Positions 22,339 through 31,059 of a stretch of DNA of 64,000 nucleotides are shown here, in pieces (the first letter of the stretch is position 1; each line of letters starts with the position of its first letter). Both the position numbers and the translations under genes were made by a program. Location: positions 320,001 to 384,000 of the forward strand of contig CAVQSP010000011.1 in the NCBI GenBank assembly GCA_963715985.1. The letters run 5' to 3'. The notes below the pieces were generated by a model. The model did no database searches. It was not told the DNA's origin and worked only from the letters and a program-made list of their open reading frames with translations. The DNA is from an uncultured Thermoleophilia bacterium (GTDB taxonomy: Bacteria > Actinomycetota > Thermoleophilia > UBA2241).

Positions 22339-23058
22339 TCAGAGGGCGAACTCGTGCCGGCAGTAGGAGTCGCCGGCGCTGAGCGCGTGGGTCTGATGGT
22401 GGCTGGCGGCGGGCACGCCGAGCATGCCGCATACCGTGCCCCGGTCGAACGGGCAGACGATGTCCGGGAACTCCTCGGCCAGCTCCTTGTACACGCAGTT
22501 GCGGACCTCGAACACCACCGGACCCGCGGGATCCTCGCTTACCGTGACCCCGTAGCCGGCCTCGTCCATCCACGCCGCCACGGCCTGAGGGTCGAGTGAC
22601 GCGGTGTGACCGTTGTCGGCGTTGCCGGCGATGGCCGACGCGGTCTCCTCGCCGAAGGCTCTGCCGAGCTCGAACGCGGCGTCGGCCGCCTGCTCGCGCT
22701 CGAGCGAGGCGTCGATGAGGCGCAGGAGCTGGCGCGAGAGCCGCTCGTAGCGGCGCGGCGGCAGCATGATCTCGAGACGCTCACCGCTGAGGGCGTACGT
22801 CTTGGCGGGGCGGCCGCCGCCGGCCCGCCGCCGCGTGCCGGTGACGAGAAGGTCCACCTCACCGAGCTTCTCGAGGTGAGCTCTGGCGACCGTGCGGTGC
22901 AGGCCGAAGGTGTCCGCCACCTCGGACGCGGTGAGCGGTGCGGTGGCGAGGCGAAGGTGGCCGTAGATCGCGCGACGTGTCGGGTCGCCGAACACGTCGG
23001 CGAGCCGACTGAGATAGGCGCCGTCACTGTCGTAGCGCGTCTTCACCACCCAGACCAT
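22339..23058 (-). CDS. ArsR-like HTH regulator with Cys-rich C-terminus (SufR-like)
   Basis: FGDPTRRAIY...ARAHLEKL...GGRPAKTY; NCVYKELA...VCPFDRG...C...CRHEF. Start uncertain. Confidence 0.8.
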   Translation of the reverse strand: MVWVVKTRYDSDGAYLSRLADVFGDPTRRAIYGHLRLATAPLTASEVADTFGLHRTVARAHLEKLGEVDLLVTGTRRRAGGGRPAKTYALSGERLEIMLPPRRYERLSRQLLRLIDASLEREQAADAAFELGRAFGEETASAIAGNADNGHTASLDPQAVAAWMDEAGYGVTVSEDPAGPVVFEVRNCVYKELAEEFPDIVCPFDRGTVCGMLGVPAASHHQTHALSAGDSYCRHEFAL

Positions 23059-23209
23059 ATCGCAGTCCGCGCCCGGAGCCAAGGATTGGGAGCATCTCTG
23101 CGCACACAATCCCGGGCGGGGCATGGAAGCGTGCACGCGTGGGAAAGGAGCAGACACCGGCGCCGGCCTCGTCCGGCGCGAAGGCACTCAGGGATCCGGA
23201 GGCCAACGA

Positions 23210-23413
23210 ATGATCAAGGTGAAGACGTTCACGACGCCCATCCAGATGTTCGCAACGGTCAGAGAGCTGCAGGAGCTGGACGACAAGGTGACTGCGTTTC
23301 TCAACGACGCGCAGGTCGAGGCCGTGTTCTCGGTGAGCGACGCGACCACGGTCGGGGAGAAGGGCGAGACCATCGGCCTCATCCGCACCGTGGCGTATCG
23401 CACCGCCGACTGA
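23210..23413 (+). CDS. Small hypothetical protein (67 aa)
   Basis: GGAGG RBS; MIKVKTFTTPIQMFATVRELQELDDKVTAFL...; first gene of an operon. Confidence 0.7.
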   Translation: MIKVKTFTTPIQMFATVRELQELDDKVTAFLNDAQVEAVFSVSDATTVGEKGETIGLIRTVAYRTAD

Positions 23414-23419
23414 CGCAGC

Positions 23420-24292
23420 GTGAGCCGCGAGCAGGACACCCCCCTCCCCGCGGAGGCACGGGCCGCGAACCTGCGCCTGTGGAACGCCTGGACGAAGATC
23501 CACGAGACCTCGGAGTTCTACGACGTCGACGGCTTCAAAGCCGGCGGAACCTCGTTGTGGCCGCTGGAGCTGGAGGAGCTGGGGCCGTTCATCCACGAAG
23601 GCACCACCCTGCTGCACCTGCAGTGCCACTTCGGCATGGACACGCTGAGCTGGGCGCGGCGCGGCGCCGAGGCGGTCGGGCTCGACCTCTCCGACGAGGC
23701 CGTCGCCCTGGCGCGGCGCCTGGCCGCGGAGGTCGGCCTCGCCGAGCGCGCGGAGTTCATCTGCGCCGACGTGTACGACGCGGACGCACACCTCGACGGG
23801 CGGTCGTTCGACGTCGTCTTCGTGAGCTGGGGCGCCATCGAGTGGCTGCCGGACCTGGACGCGTGGGCCGGCATCATCGCCCGCCACCTGCGCCCCGGCG
23901 GCACCTTCTACATGGCGGAGATCCATCCGTTCGCGTACGGCCTCGACGAGGTACCGGGGACGCACGACGTGCAGGTCAAGTACCGCCAGCTGCCGGCACC
24001 CGACCGGCCGGACGTAGAACCGGTCGAGGGCAGTTACGCGGACATGAGCGCCGACACGACCGGCCTCGTCTCGTACGGCTGGCCGCACAGCTTCGCCGAG
24101 ATCCTTGGGGCGCTCACCGGCGCCGGCCTGCGCCTCGAGCACCTGCACGAGTTCCCCATGTCGCCGGCGCCGTTCTGGGACTGGATGGTGCGCGACGAGG
24201 AGCGCTGGTGGTGGCTGCCGGCGGCGGACGGGAGCCGCCGCCGCGACCTGCCCTTCAGCTACTCGCTGCGCGCCACGCGGCCTGAGGCCTGA
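23420..24292 (+). CDS. Class I SAM-dependent methyltransferase
   Basis: LLHLQCHFGMDTLSWARRGA..VGLDLS, FDVVFVSWGAI, LRPGG. Confidence 0.9.
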   Translation: MSREQDTPLPAEARAANLRLWNAWTKIHETSEFYDVDGFKAGGTSLWPLELEELGPFIHEGTTLLHLQCHFGMDTLSWARRGAEAVGLDLSDEAVALARRLAAEVGLAERAEFICADVYDADAHLDGRSFDVVFVSWGAIEWLPDLDAWAGIIARHLRPGGTFYMAEIHPFAYGLDEVPGTHDVQVKYRQLPAPDRPDVEPVEGSYADMSADTTGLVSYGWPHSFAEILGALTGAGLRLEHLHEFPMSPAPFWDWMVRDEERWWWLPAADGSRRRDLPFSYSLRATRPEA

Positions 24293-24305
24293 CGAGGGAG
24301 GCGCC

Positions 24306-25136
24306 GTGCTCGACGAGTACCTCAAAGCGAACCTCGCCGGCTGGGACGAGTCCGTGCACGTGCACGTGGCGTCCGAGCTGTACGACGTGGATGGCTTCAA
24401 GGGCGGCAAGACGTCCCTCAGCACCCTGGAGCTGGGCGAGCTCGGCCCGCTCGTCCACGACGGCACCACCCTGCTGCACCTGCAGTGCCACTTCGGCCTG
24501 GACACGCTGAGCTGGGCGCGACGCGGCGCCGTGGTCACGGGAGTCGACTTCTCCGGAGAAGGCGTCGCCACGGCGCGCGCCCTGGCCGCCGAGGTCGGCC
24601 TCTCCGCGCGCGCGACGTTCGTACAGAGCACTGTGGAGGACCTGCCGGACCGGCTGTCCGGCACCTTCGAGGTCGTCTTCACCTCGTGGGGCGCCCTCCT
24701 GTGGCTGGGTGATCTCGAACGCTGGGCCGACGTGGTCGCCCACTTCCTGCGGCCCGGTGGCGTGCTGTACGTGGCGGAGTTCCACCCCTACGCGTACCTC
24801 ATCGCGGAGGAGGCGACGCCGGAGCTGATGCGCGTCGACTACCCGTACTTCATGTACGGGGAGCCGCACCGCTGGGACGAGGCGGGGGACTACGCCGACC
24901 CCGAGGCCGTGGTCGAGCACACCGTGAGCTACGAGTGGAACCACGGCTTCGCCGAGATCATCGATCCGCTGCTGCGCCGCGGCCTGCGCCTGGACTTCCT
25001 GCACGAGCTCCCGTACACGATCCGCGGTCTGCCGTTCCCGTTCCTCGAGCTCTGCGAGGACGGTCTGCAACGCGTCAAAGGCCGCCACGACGACGTGCCC
25101 CTGAGCTTCTCTCTCCTGATGACCAAGGAAGGCTGA
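24306..25136 (+). CDS. Class I SAM-dependent methyltransferase (paralog of upstream gene)
   Basis: GGAGG RBS and GTG at 24306; LLHLQCHFGLDTLSWARRGA..TGVDFS, LRPGG. Confidence 0.9.
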   Translation: MLDEYLKANLAGWDESVHVHVASELYDVDGFKGGKTSLSTLELGELGPLVHDGTTLLHLQCHFGLDTLSWARRGAVVTGVDFSGEGVATARALAAEVGLSARATFVQSTVEDLPDRLSGTFEVVFTSWGALLWLGDLERWADVVAHFLRPGGVLYVAEFHPYAYLIAEEATPELMRVDYPYFMYGEPHRWDEAGDYADPEAVVEHTVSYEWNHGFAEIIDPLLRRGLRLDFLHELPYTIRGLPFPFLELCEDGLQRVKGRHDDVPLSFSLLMTKEG

Positions 25137-25138
25137 CC

Positions 25139-25420
25139 ATGACAGACGACCCCATCCCGGACCCGCTGTTTTCGGAGCCGCCAGACGGCGGCACGATCGG
25201 CGACGACGGCCTGCTCGCCATCCTCGAGTCGGCGATCGCCGACGAGCGCGCCGCCCAGGAGAAGTATCGCCTCGGCCTCGACCGCTGCGCCGACGCCGAG
25301 GCCTGCCGCATGTTCGAGCAGCTGCTGCGCGAAGAAGAGGCGCACGAGCGCGCCCTCTCGCACCGCTACGCCGAGGTCAAGAAGCGCATCGGCCTGAGCG
25401 GCGCCGGCCGCGGCGCCTGA
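25139..25420 (+). CDS. Small ferritin/rubrerythrin-like protein
   Basis: LESAIADERAAQEKY...MFEQLLREEEAH (E...ExxH half-site). Confidence 0.8.
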   Translation: MTDDPIPDPLFSEPPDGGTIGDDGLLAILESAIADERAAQEKYRLGLDRCADAEACRMFEQLLREEEAHERALSHRYAEVKKRIGLSGAGRGA

Positions 25421-25593
25421 GACTGACCGGCCGGCGCGCCTCAGACTGCCCGGCCGGCGCGCCGAGGGCCGTCCGGCGCGGCGCCACATCGTCCTCCCGC
25501 GTGCGCCTGACGGGCGCCCTCCGAAAGACGTAGGATGAGCCCAGCAGGCCGCACGGTCCCGTGCGCGCCACGGCGAGGCACTGGGAGGATCAC

Positions 25594-28056
25594 ATGACGG
25601 AGCGGCTCCGCGCGTCCCTGCGCGCACTCACACCCGGCGTGGTACTCCTCCTCGCCATACTGGTGTCCGGGCTCGGCGCGGCGGCGGCATCCGCCGCTCC
25701 CTCCGAGCCCACGCTCACCGTCGCGCAGCTGGAGGCGCTCCTCGCCACCTCGCCGAGCGGCACCGCCGGCGGCTACTTCAAGACCGTGCTCAAGGGCAGC
25801 GACATCGTGCGCATCCCGGTCACCGTCAAGGCCGTCGTGCCGCAGTACATCAACGGCATGTCCATGATCTTCTTCCAGGCCCAGGGGGCCGCCGTCGAGG
25901 ACATCGGCGGCATCGCCGCGGGCATGAGCGGCAGCCCCCTCTTCGTCGAGGACCACGGCATCGAGAAGCTCGCCGGCGCCGTCTCCTATGGCGACGTGTT
26001 CACCAAGGGCAACCTCGGCCTGGCCACGCCCGCCGAGTACATGGCGCACATGGAGGACACCTTCCTGCCCGCCGGTGCGGTCACGGCCACGCTGCCGCGC
26101 GCGGTCCAGGCCGGCGGCCGCACCGTCACGCGCGTGACTGTCGCGAGCTCGGCGCGCGCGGCCGACGCCCTGAGGCCGAGCGCCGGCACCGCCGTCATGG
26201 CGCCGCTCGCCGCCGTGTCCATCACGGGGCTGCCACAGGGCAGCGCCGCGTACAAGGACGTGGCGGCGCGGCTCGCCAAGCACGGCATCGAGGTGTCGCC
26301 CTTCGCCGGCCAGATCGCCGGCAAGGGCGCCGCTGCCGCGGCTCCGTTCGCCGGCGGCTCGGCCCTGGCGGCGCTGCTGGCCCGCGGCGACGTGCTCTAC
26401 GGGGCGCTCGGCACCGTCACGTGGGTCGACGGCGACCGCCTCGTCGTCTTCGGTCACCCCTTCCTGGGCATGGGCTCCATCGACGCGTACCTGACCACCG
26501 CCGTCGTGAACGGTGTCTGGGCGAGCAACATCTCCCCCTACAAGATGGGATCGGTGGGGGACCTGGCCGGCAGCCTGTTGCAGGACCGCGGCGCCGGCGT
26601 GGCCGGCCGGATGGGGCAGTTCCCCGACGAGCTGCCGGTCACCAGCACCGTCACCCTCCAGCCCCAGGGGACCGAAGGACACTCGGAGGCGTACCTCACG
26701 GACTGGGTCGTCAACGACTTCCCCGGCGGCGACGGCGTGTACCTGGCCGCCGATGCCGTCAGCGCCGCGGGCTACCAGGCAGCCGGCATGGCCACGGCCT
26801 CCGGCAGCGCCACCACGACGACCACTGTGGTCGTCACCGATTCCTCCGGCACGCGGTACACGATGGTGCGTTCCAACACCTGGGACGACGTCTACGACGT
26901 GCTCGGCTACCTGTCGTCGGACGCCGCCACCATGCTCTCGATGGTGACGGCGGACCCGGACGGCGTCGCCCCCGCGCACGTCGTGTCCGTGGACATGACC
27001 GGAGCGGTCAGCCCGTCGCGCAGCTCGGCGCGCATCGTGGACGTGCGCTTCCCTCGCGGCCTGCGGGCCGGGCAGTCGAACCCCGTCGAGGTGGAGCTCA
27101 ACCAGTACGGCAAGGTCAAGCCACTGGTGGTCAGCGGCACCCTGGACGTGCCGGCAGGTGCCTCGACCACCGGCATGGTGAACGTGTTCCCGGCCGCCAC
27201 CGGGCCGAGCGGCGGCGAGGGCGATGTCGTCGCTCCGGTCACCGGCGGCAACGACAGCGAGTCCGTGGCCGAGCGCGTCAAGGACGTCGACGAGCTGCCC
27301 ACCAACGACCAGCTCGTCGTGCAGTTCATCCCGGACGGCGCGGTCACACCCGCCGAGGGCCTCCCGGCGCTCCGCGCGTCGACCGACGGCACCTCCGCCG
27401 ACCTGCCCCAGGTCACGCTCACGGCGGCCGGCAGCTACGTGAGCGGCTCACTGCAGCTCCGCACCGGCCAGATCACGCTGGACGTCACTCCGGCCACTGT
27501 GCGCTATCGCGGCGCCTTCACCGTCAGCGGGCACATCCTCGAGACCGAGGGCGCCACCGAAGTCGACCTCTACGCGCAGCCGTACGGCGCCACGGGGCGG
27601 ACCAAGCTCGCCACCGTGCCGGCCGAGTCGGACGGCCTCGGCGGCGCCACCTTCACGTACAGCGGCGGCGGCCTCACCAGCACGACGAAGATCACGGCAG
27701 ACTGGGCCGGCGACGCCCGCGCCCTGGGCACGACGGCGAGTGTCAGGGTGCCCGTGGCCCAGTCCGCGTCGCTCACGGCCGACAGGCTCACCGTGGCGCC
27801 CGGCGGCACCGTCCGCCTCACGGCCCGGGTGCTCCCCGGGCGTCCCGGCCAGCCCGTGCGCTTCGAGCGCCGTTCCGGCGGGTCCTGGGTCCTCATCCGC
27901 ACGGTCAAGGCCTCTCAGGCCGGCCAGGGTGTCACCGCCGCCATCTCGTGGACGCCGCCCACGGGCGCCACCCGGGTGCGCGTGCGCGTGCCGGCGACGC
28001 CGGCCAACGCCGCCTCCAGCAGCGCGGCGCTCACCGTGCGCACCACGGTCCGCTGA
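25594..28056 (+). CDS. Secreted SpoIVB-type (S55) peptidase domain protein
   Basis: Signal peptide; FKTVLKG, GGIAAGMSGSP, KLAGAVSYG, GTVTWVDGDRLVVFGHPF; C-terminal beta-rich Ig-like domains. Confidence 0.85.
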   Translation: MTERLRASLRALTPGVVLLLAILVSGLGAAAASAAPSEPTLTVAQLEALLATSPSGTAGGYFKTVLKGSDIVRIPVTVKAVVPQYINGMSMIFFQAQGAAVEDIGGIAAGMSGSPLFVEDHGIEKLAGAVSYGDVFTKGNLGLATPAEYMAHMEDTFLPAGAVTATLPRAVQAGGRTVTRVTVASSARAADALRPSAGTAVMAPLAAVSITGLPQGSAAYKDVAARLAKHGIEVSPFAGQIAGKGAAAAAPFAGGSALAALLARGDVLYGALGTVTWVDGDRLVVFGHPFLGMGSIDAYLTTAVVNGVWASNISPYKMGSVGDLAGSLLQDRGAGVAGRMGQFPDELPVTSTVTLQPQGTEGHSEAYLTDWVVNDFPGGDGVYLAADAVSAAGYQAAGMATASGSATTTTTVVVTDSSGTRYTMVRSNTWDDVYDVLGYLSSDAATMLSMVTADPDGVAPAHVVSVDMTGAVSPSRSSARIVDVRFPRGLRAGQSNPVEVELNQYGKVKPLVVSGTLDVPAGASTTGMVNVFPAATGPSGGEGDVVAPVTGGNDSESVAERVKDVDELPTNDQLVVQFIPDGAVTPAEGLPALRASTDGTSADLPQVTLTAAGSYVSGSLQLRTGQITLDVTPATVRYRGAFTVSGHILETEGATEVDLYAQPYGATGRTKLATVPAESDGLGGATFTYSGGGLTSTTKITADWAGDARALGTTASVRVPVAQSASLTADRLTVAPGGTVRLTARVLPGRPGQPVRFERRSGGSWVLIRTVKASQAGQGVTAAISWTPPTGATRVRVRVPATPANAASSSAALTVRTTVR

Positions 28057-28074
28057 CGTCGAGTCAAGAGCGCT

Positions 28075-28109
28075 GAGGGCCGCGGGCGGCATCGCCGCCC
28101 GCGGCCCTC
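28075..28109. terminator. Perfect 16-bp hairpin after the S55 peptidase
   Basis: GAGGGCCGCGGGCGGC-atc-GCCGCCCGCGGCCCTC. Confidence 0.75.
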
Positions 28110-28139
28110 ATCCCCTTCTCAGACTGGCCGCCACCGGTC

Positions 28140-28168
28140 TTGACCGGAGGCCGACGCAGTCGTATCCT
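28140..28168 (+). promoter_or_regulatory. Housekeeping-sigma promoter
   Basis: TTGACC (28140-28145), 17 bp, TATCCT (28163-28168). Confidence 0.7.
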
Positions 28169-28173
28169 TTTTG

Positions 28174-28300
28174 TGCGTCTTCATAGTCGAAATCTATGAA
28201 TGCGCGTCCCGTCAGGGGGACAGAAGCGGTGCCCGTCCCACCGGGCACCCGGGCCCCTCGAAGGCGGCGCCCCCCCTCCAGGCGCCGCCTTCGGCCTTTC
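28174..28300 (+). ncRNA. Candidate small RNA with four hairpins, two with C-rich loops (6C-like)
   Basis: Directly behind the promoter; stems TTCATAG/CTATGAA, GTCCC/GGGAC, GGTGCCCG-tcccac-CGGGCACC, CGAAGGCGGCGCC-ccccctcca-GGCGCCGCCTTCG then CCTTT; no credible ORF. Confidence 0.55.
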
Positions 28301-28358
28301 CGGAGGATGCTGCCGAGTGGCCCAACGGCGGCGCTTCTCCCTGCCCCCGCTCAGCCGT

Positions 28359-29168
28359 TCACTGAGCGGCGAGCCGCTCGAGGAACGCCGGCAGCTCGTC
28401 TCGCGGCACCACCACGTCGGCGGCGGCCTGAACGTCCGGCGCCGCCTCGGCCACAGCCACACCGAGGCCGGCCCAGCGCAGCATGTCCACGTCGTTGTGG
28501 CCGTCGCCGCACGCCACTGTGCGCTCGCGTGGCACACCGAGGCGCTCGCAGAGCCACTCCAGGGCCCCGCTCTTGCTGACGCCCAGGTCCGCGATCTCGA
28601 TGTAGGACGCCTGCGAGCGGACCACGTAGAGTCGCCCCTTCCAGCGCTCCTGCAGGCCCGGCAGGATGGCATCCACGTCGTCAGGCTCGCTGAGCACGAC
28701 GAACTTGGTCGGCGGCCGCGCGCGCACCAGCGCCTCCAGGTCGTCGACCTGTTCGATGCCGACCTCGGCGTGCTCCGCGTAGCGGCGCGCCCACCCGTCC
28801 ATGTGCTCCACGTACAACTGGTCGTCCACGTAGGCGTTGAGGTGGCGTCCCAGCTCGCGCACGTGGCGGACCACGTCGACCGCCGCCTCGGCGTCCATGC
28901 GCCGGTGCCACAGCTCCTCCCCACTGGCGAGGTCGGCCACCAGCGCCCCCTGGTAGCAGATGATGGGCCCGTCATGCAGCCCGAGGCGGGCGGCGATCCG
29001 CCGCGCGCTGACGAACATGCGGCCCGTGCAGACGATCACCGAGGTGCCGGAGGCCCGCAGCGCCTCCAGCGCCTCGTGCAGGCCGGGCGAGAGCTCGAGC
29101 TCGGGAGAGAGCAGCGTACCGTCCAGGTCGCAGGCGACGAGGCCGGGGTGGAAGAGGTGGGATGACAA
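28359..29168 (-). CDS. Cof-type HAD-IIB hydrolase
   Basis: ACDLDGTLL, CTGR, SKSGAL, ACGDGHNDVDML. Confidence 0.92.
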   Translation of the reverse strand: MSSHLFHPGLVACDLDGTLLSPELELSPGLHEALEALRASGTSVIVCTGRMFVSARRIAARLGLHDGPIICYQGALVADLASGEELWHRRMDAEAAVDVVRHVRELGRHLNAYVDDQLYVEHMDGWARRYAEHAEVGIEQVDDLEALVRARPPTKFVVLSEPDDVDAILPGLQERWKGRLYVVRSQASYIEIADLGVSKSGALEWLCERLGVPRERTVACGDGHNDVDMLRWAGLGVAVAEAAPDVQAAADVVVPRDELPAFLERLAAQ

Positions 29169-29271
29169 CGTGTCGTTGCCCTTGCCGAGTGGGTACACAG
29201 GAGGTGTAGACTGCCACCCAGGAGAAGCAGCGTCCCCGACTCCCACGGGGCGGCTTCTCACGAAGACCTGG

Positions 29272-29859
29272 TCATTCCCAGGTCTTCTTTTTTTCCGCCT
29301 GGGCGGCCTTCGCGGGGGCGCTGGTGAAGCCCGTCACCACCACGTCCACGCCGGACAGGTCCATTCCGCCCAGCCGCTCCAGATCGGCGCCGAGGCGCTC
29401 CGCCGCGCGGGCTTGGAGACCCGCCAGGTCGCGCGCGGGGACGGCCGCCTCCAGGCGAGCCCACCAGCCGACGGCATCCCGGGACAGCGACACGCGGCCT
29501 GCCCGTGTACCCTCGAGACCAGCCTGCGCGCTGCGCGTGAGCGCCCGCTCCAGCGCGTTCACGTCCAGCCTGGCTTGACCCTCCTGACCACCGAACTCGA
29601 GGACCTGCCGGCGCGCGCGCCCGGCGCGCAGCTGCCGGACCGCGAGGACGATGAGGAAGATCGCCACCAGACCAGTGCCCACTGCGGCTACCGTGAGCGC
29701 CCACGACGGCCTCGCGGTGAGGTCCGCCCACCAGGGCGCCGCACGCCACTGGAGCGTGGGCTCGGCCGCGAGGACGGCCTCACGGACGAGCGCGGCCATG
29801 GCCACGATCATGCCGGCGGCGCCGATCAGTATGGCGAGGAAGCGGGCGAAAGGGGTCAC
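29272..29859 (-). CDS. AmaP-like alkaline shock response membrane anchor protein
   Basis: Two TM helices followed by an Asp23-like domain ending VDVVVTG; last gene of the asp23 operon. Confidence 0.65.
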   Translation of the reverse strand: MTPFARFLAILIGAAGMIVAMAALVREAVLAAEPTLQWRAAPWWADLTARPSWALTVAAVGTGLVAIFLIVLAVRQLRAGRARRQVLEFGGQEGQARLDVNALERALTRSAQAGLEGTRAGRVSLSRDAVGWWARLEAAVPARDLAGLQARAAERLGADLERLGGMDLSGVDVVVTGFTSAPAKAAQAEKKKTWE

Positions 29860-30458
29860 GGCAGGTACTTCTTGAGCTCGGGCACCCTGAGGATGCGCGG
29901 CCGGATCACGAGGTCCCCCGGCTCGACGCCGGTCACCGTGCGCAGGCGGCGCCGCACGAGCGGCTCCACCTCGGCGCTCAGGCGAATCGGGTCGGCGAGG
30001 GGCCGTCCGTACACACGGATGGTGCCGCCCAGCCCCGCGCCGAACGCGCGCAGGTTCGCCTCGGCGCGCACCACCTCCGGGTGGCGCGCCGCCGCCGCTT
30101 CCACGGTCCTGACGACGGGGGCCGCGGGCACGAGCACGCCGCCGTGCACGCCGGCCAGCCAGAACGTCTCCTCGCCGTGGCGCGCCACAAGCCACACGAG
30201 CAGGCCGACGACGACGACGGCGCCGGCGAGCAGCCAGGCGCGCAGGCCGGAGTCCGCGGGCAGACCGAGGTACCCGAACGGCGAGAAGTCGCAGTCGAAC
30301 GCGGCGGCCGTGAGCCGCATCGCGAACAGCAGCACCACGACACCGCCGGCCAGCAGCAGCACGAACGTCGCGACCCGCGTGGACGCGGACGGGGAGACCC
30401 CCGCCGGGCGCCGCCTGTCAGGCCTCGGGGGCAGCCTGCTCCTCCGGGAAGACGACAT
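29856..30458 (-). CDS. Membrane protein with Asp23-like C-terminal domain (start uncertain)
   Basis: Two TM helices, then VEAAAARHPEVVRAEA...; lies between the asp23 and amaP-like genes. Confidence 0.6.
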   Translation of the reverse strand: MSSSRRSRLPPRPDRRRPAGVSPSASTRVATFVLLLAGGVVVLLFAMRLTAAAFDCDFSPFGYLGLPADSGLRAWLLAGAVVVVGLLVWLVARHGEETFWLAGVHGGVLVPAAPVVRTVEAAAARHPEVVRAEANLRAFGAGLGGTIRVYGRPLADPIRLSAEVEPLVRRRLRTVTGVEPGDLVIRPRILRVPELKKYLP

Positions 30459-30801
30459 CGGTGACGAGGACGTTGACGGCGCGCACCTTGAGGCCCGTGG
30501 TGCCCTCGACCTGTTCGGTGACCGCCTTGCGGCAGGCCTCCGCGATGACCGGCACGCTGGAGCCGAAGTCGATGCTCATGGTGACGTCGATATCCACGCT
30601 GCCGTCGCGCAGGTCGACGCTGATACCGGGCGTGCCCTTGTCACCGCGCAGCCCGGCCAGCGCCCTCGCGCTGCCGCCGCCGAGCGCGTGGATGCCCTCG
30701 ACGCGGGTGCAGGCCTTGTACGCCACTTTGGCGACCACGTTGTCGGAGATGGTCACACCGCTCACCGGAGCCGTGCCCTCTGTCTTGGGCGCGTCGGTCA
30801 T
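30418..30801 (-). CDS. Asp23/Gls24 family envelope stress protein
   Basis: VTISDNVVAKVA...VEGI...IDFGSSVP...TGLKVRAVNVLVTDV; GGAG RBS. Confidence 0.9.
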   Translation of the reverse strand: MTDAPKTEGTAPVSGVTISDNVVAKVAYKACTRVEGIHALGGGSARALAGLRGDKGTPGISVDLRDGSVDIDVTMSIDFGSSVPVIAEACRKAVTEQVEGTTGLKVRAVNVLVTDVVFPEEQAAPEA

Positions 30802-30870
30802 GGCACTCCTCCCCTGTTCCGTCATGTGCGGCCGCCGCGAGCGGCGGCCGGGACTCCTTCACAGCCTACT

Positions 30871-30895
30871 GTACCCGCAGCATAGCGCACGTCAC
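30871..30895 (-). promoter_or_regulatory. Possible SigB/SigF-type promoter of the asp23 operon
   Basis: Minus strand GTGA-N15-GGGTAC; the -35 deviates from GTTT. Confidence 0.4.
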
Positions 30896-30930
30896 TTCGC
30901 CGGACCTGGCGCGGCCTCGGCCGCGCTCCC

Positions 30931-31059
30931 GACGCCGCAGGCGCCTCAGCTACGATCCGCGACGCAGCCGGCGTCACGTAGTTGAAGCCGAAGGCCCGTC
31001 AACTACGATCCGCGACGCAGCCGGCGTCACGTAGCTGACGCCGCAGGCGCCTCAGCTAC
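30931..31059. repeat. REP-like palindromic tandem repeat, 53-bp period
   Basis: 40-nt units at 30946-30985 and 30999-31038 (2 differences), 13-nt linkers, partial third unit overlapping the nrdJ stop. Confidence 0.85.

Noticed and set aside
30931-31059. CRISPR mini-array
   Set aside because: Only two full repeats; the 13-nt linkers are too short and resemble each other; no cas genes or leader.
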